A DNA stretch of 63,863 bases, filler included, from Choristocarpus tenellus KU-1152 (Eukaryota > Protista > Phaeophyceae): NCBI GenBank assembly GCA_964200185.2. It is 13 parts of 13 records of this genome, joined end to end, with 100 filler letters (N's around TTAATTAATTAA, not from the genome) between each part and the next. Parts side by side here need not be neighbours in the genome. Positions count along the whole stretch, not along the records: positions 61,225 to 63,863 come from CAXNAD020026057.1; 12 more parts are not named here. The stretch is one strand, 5' to 3'. The notes beneath the pieces are model-generated. The model was not told the DNA's origin, ran no database searches, and saw only the letters and a list, made by a program, of their open reading frames with translations. The translations under genes were made by a program, and so were the position numbers. Shown here piece after piece: positions 63,597 to 63,863 of this stretch (the first letter of the stretch is position 1; each line of letters begins with the position of its first letter).

Positions 63597-63863
63597 GTGA
63601 GGGAGTTGTCAACGTTGGTGGGATGGTGGCGCTCTACCCTCCTCTTGTTGGGTTACAGCTGTTGTGAAGATCTCTCTGTGTCCTCCTATTCAACCTAAGT
63701 TGAGATTGTTATCCCGTGTTTAGCAACCCTGTCAACTAAATGCTTGATTTTCGGGTGACGATGTAGTATGTGTGTGTGCAAAATCACAGACGAAGTGAAC
63801 AGTTTCTTCTTTCAGCACTAGGTAGGCCAGGCCGCTGAGTATCATACCCCCCCCCCCACCCTC

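Overview
This is not one locus. Twelve identical 100-bp artificial spacers (44 N + TTAATTAATTAA + 44 N) join 13 short contigs, so neighbourhood across spacers carries no meaning. The DNA is from an intron-rich eukaryote, most likely a brown alga (inferred from EsV-1-7 repeats and GT-AG multi-exon genes). Spliced genes I could rebuild by hand are an NRPS-like adenylation domain resembling glycine-betaine reductase ATRR, a DGAT1-type MBOAT, an EsV-1-7 Cys-repeat protein, a DOT1-like methyltransferase fragment and a WW+UBA-like protein. Mobile DNA includes a deleted Ty1/Copia element, a decayed Sola-like transposon whose 5' part occurs twice (one copy has an 89-bp hairpin array), and three related MITE subfamilies with 3- or 4-bp TSDs. 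The two best leads are (1) a dense cluster of long, unrelated imperfect foldbacks in contigs 1-2, candidate hairpin-RNA/miRNA loci, and (2) an intron-containing ParB/Srx-like gene head-to-head with a Sola-like transposase fragment across a duplicated intergenic block. All family calls come from motif recognition, not database searches.
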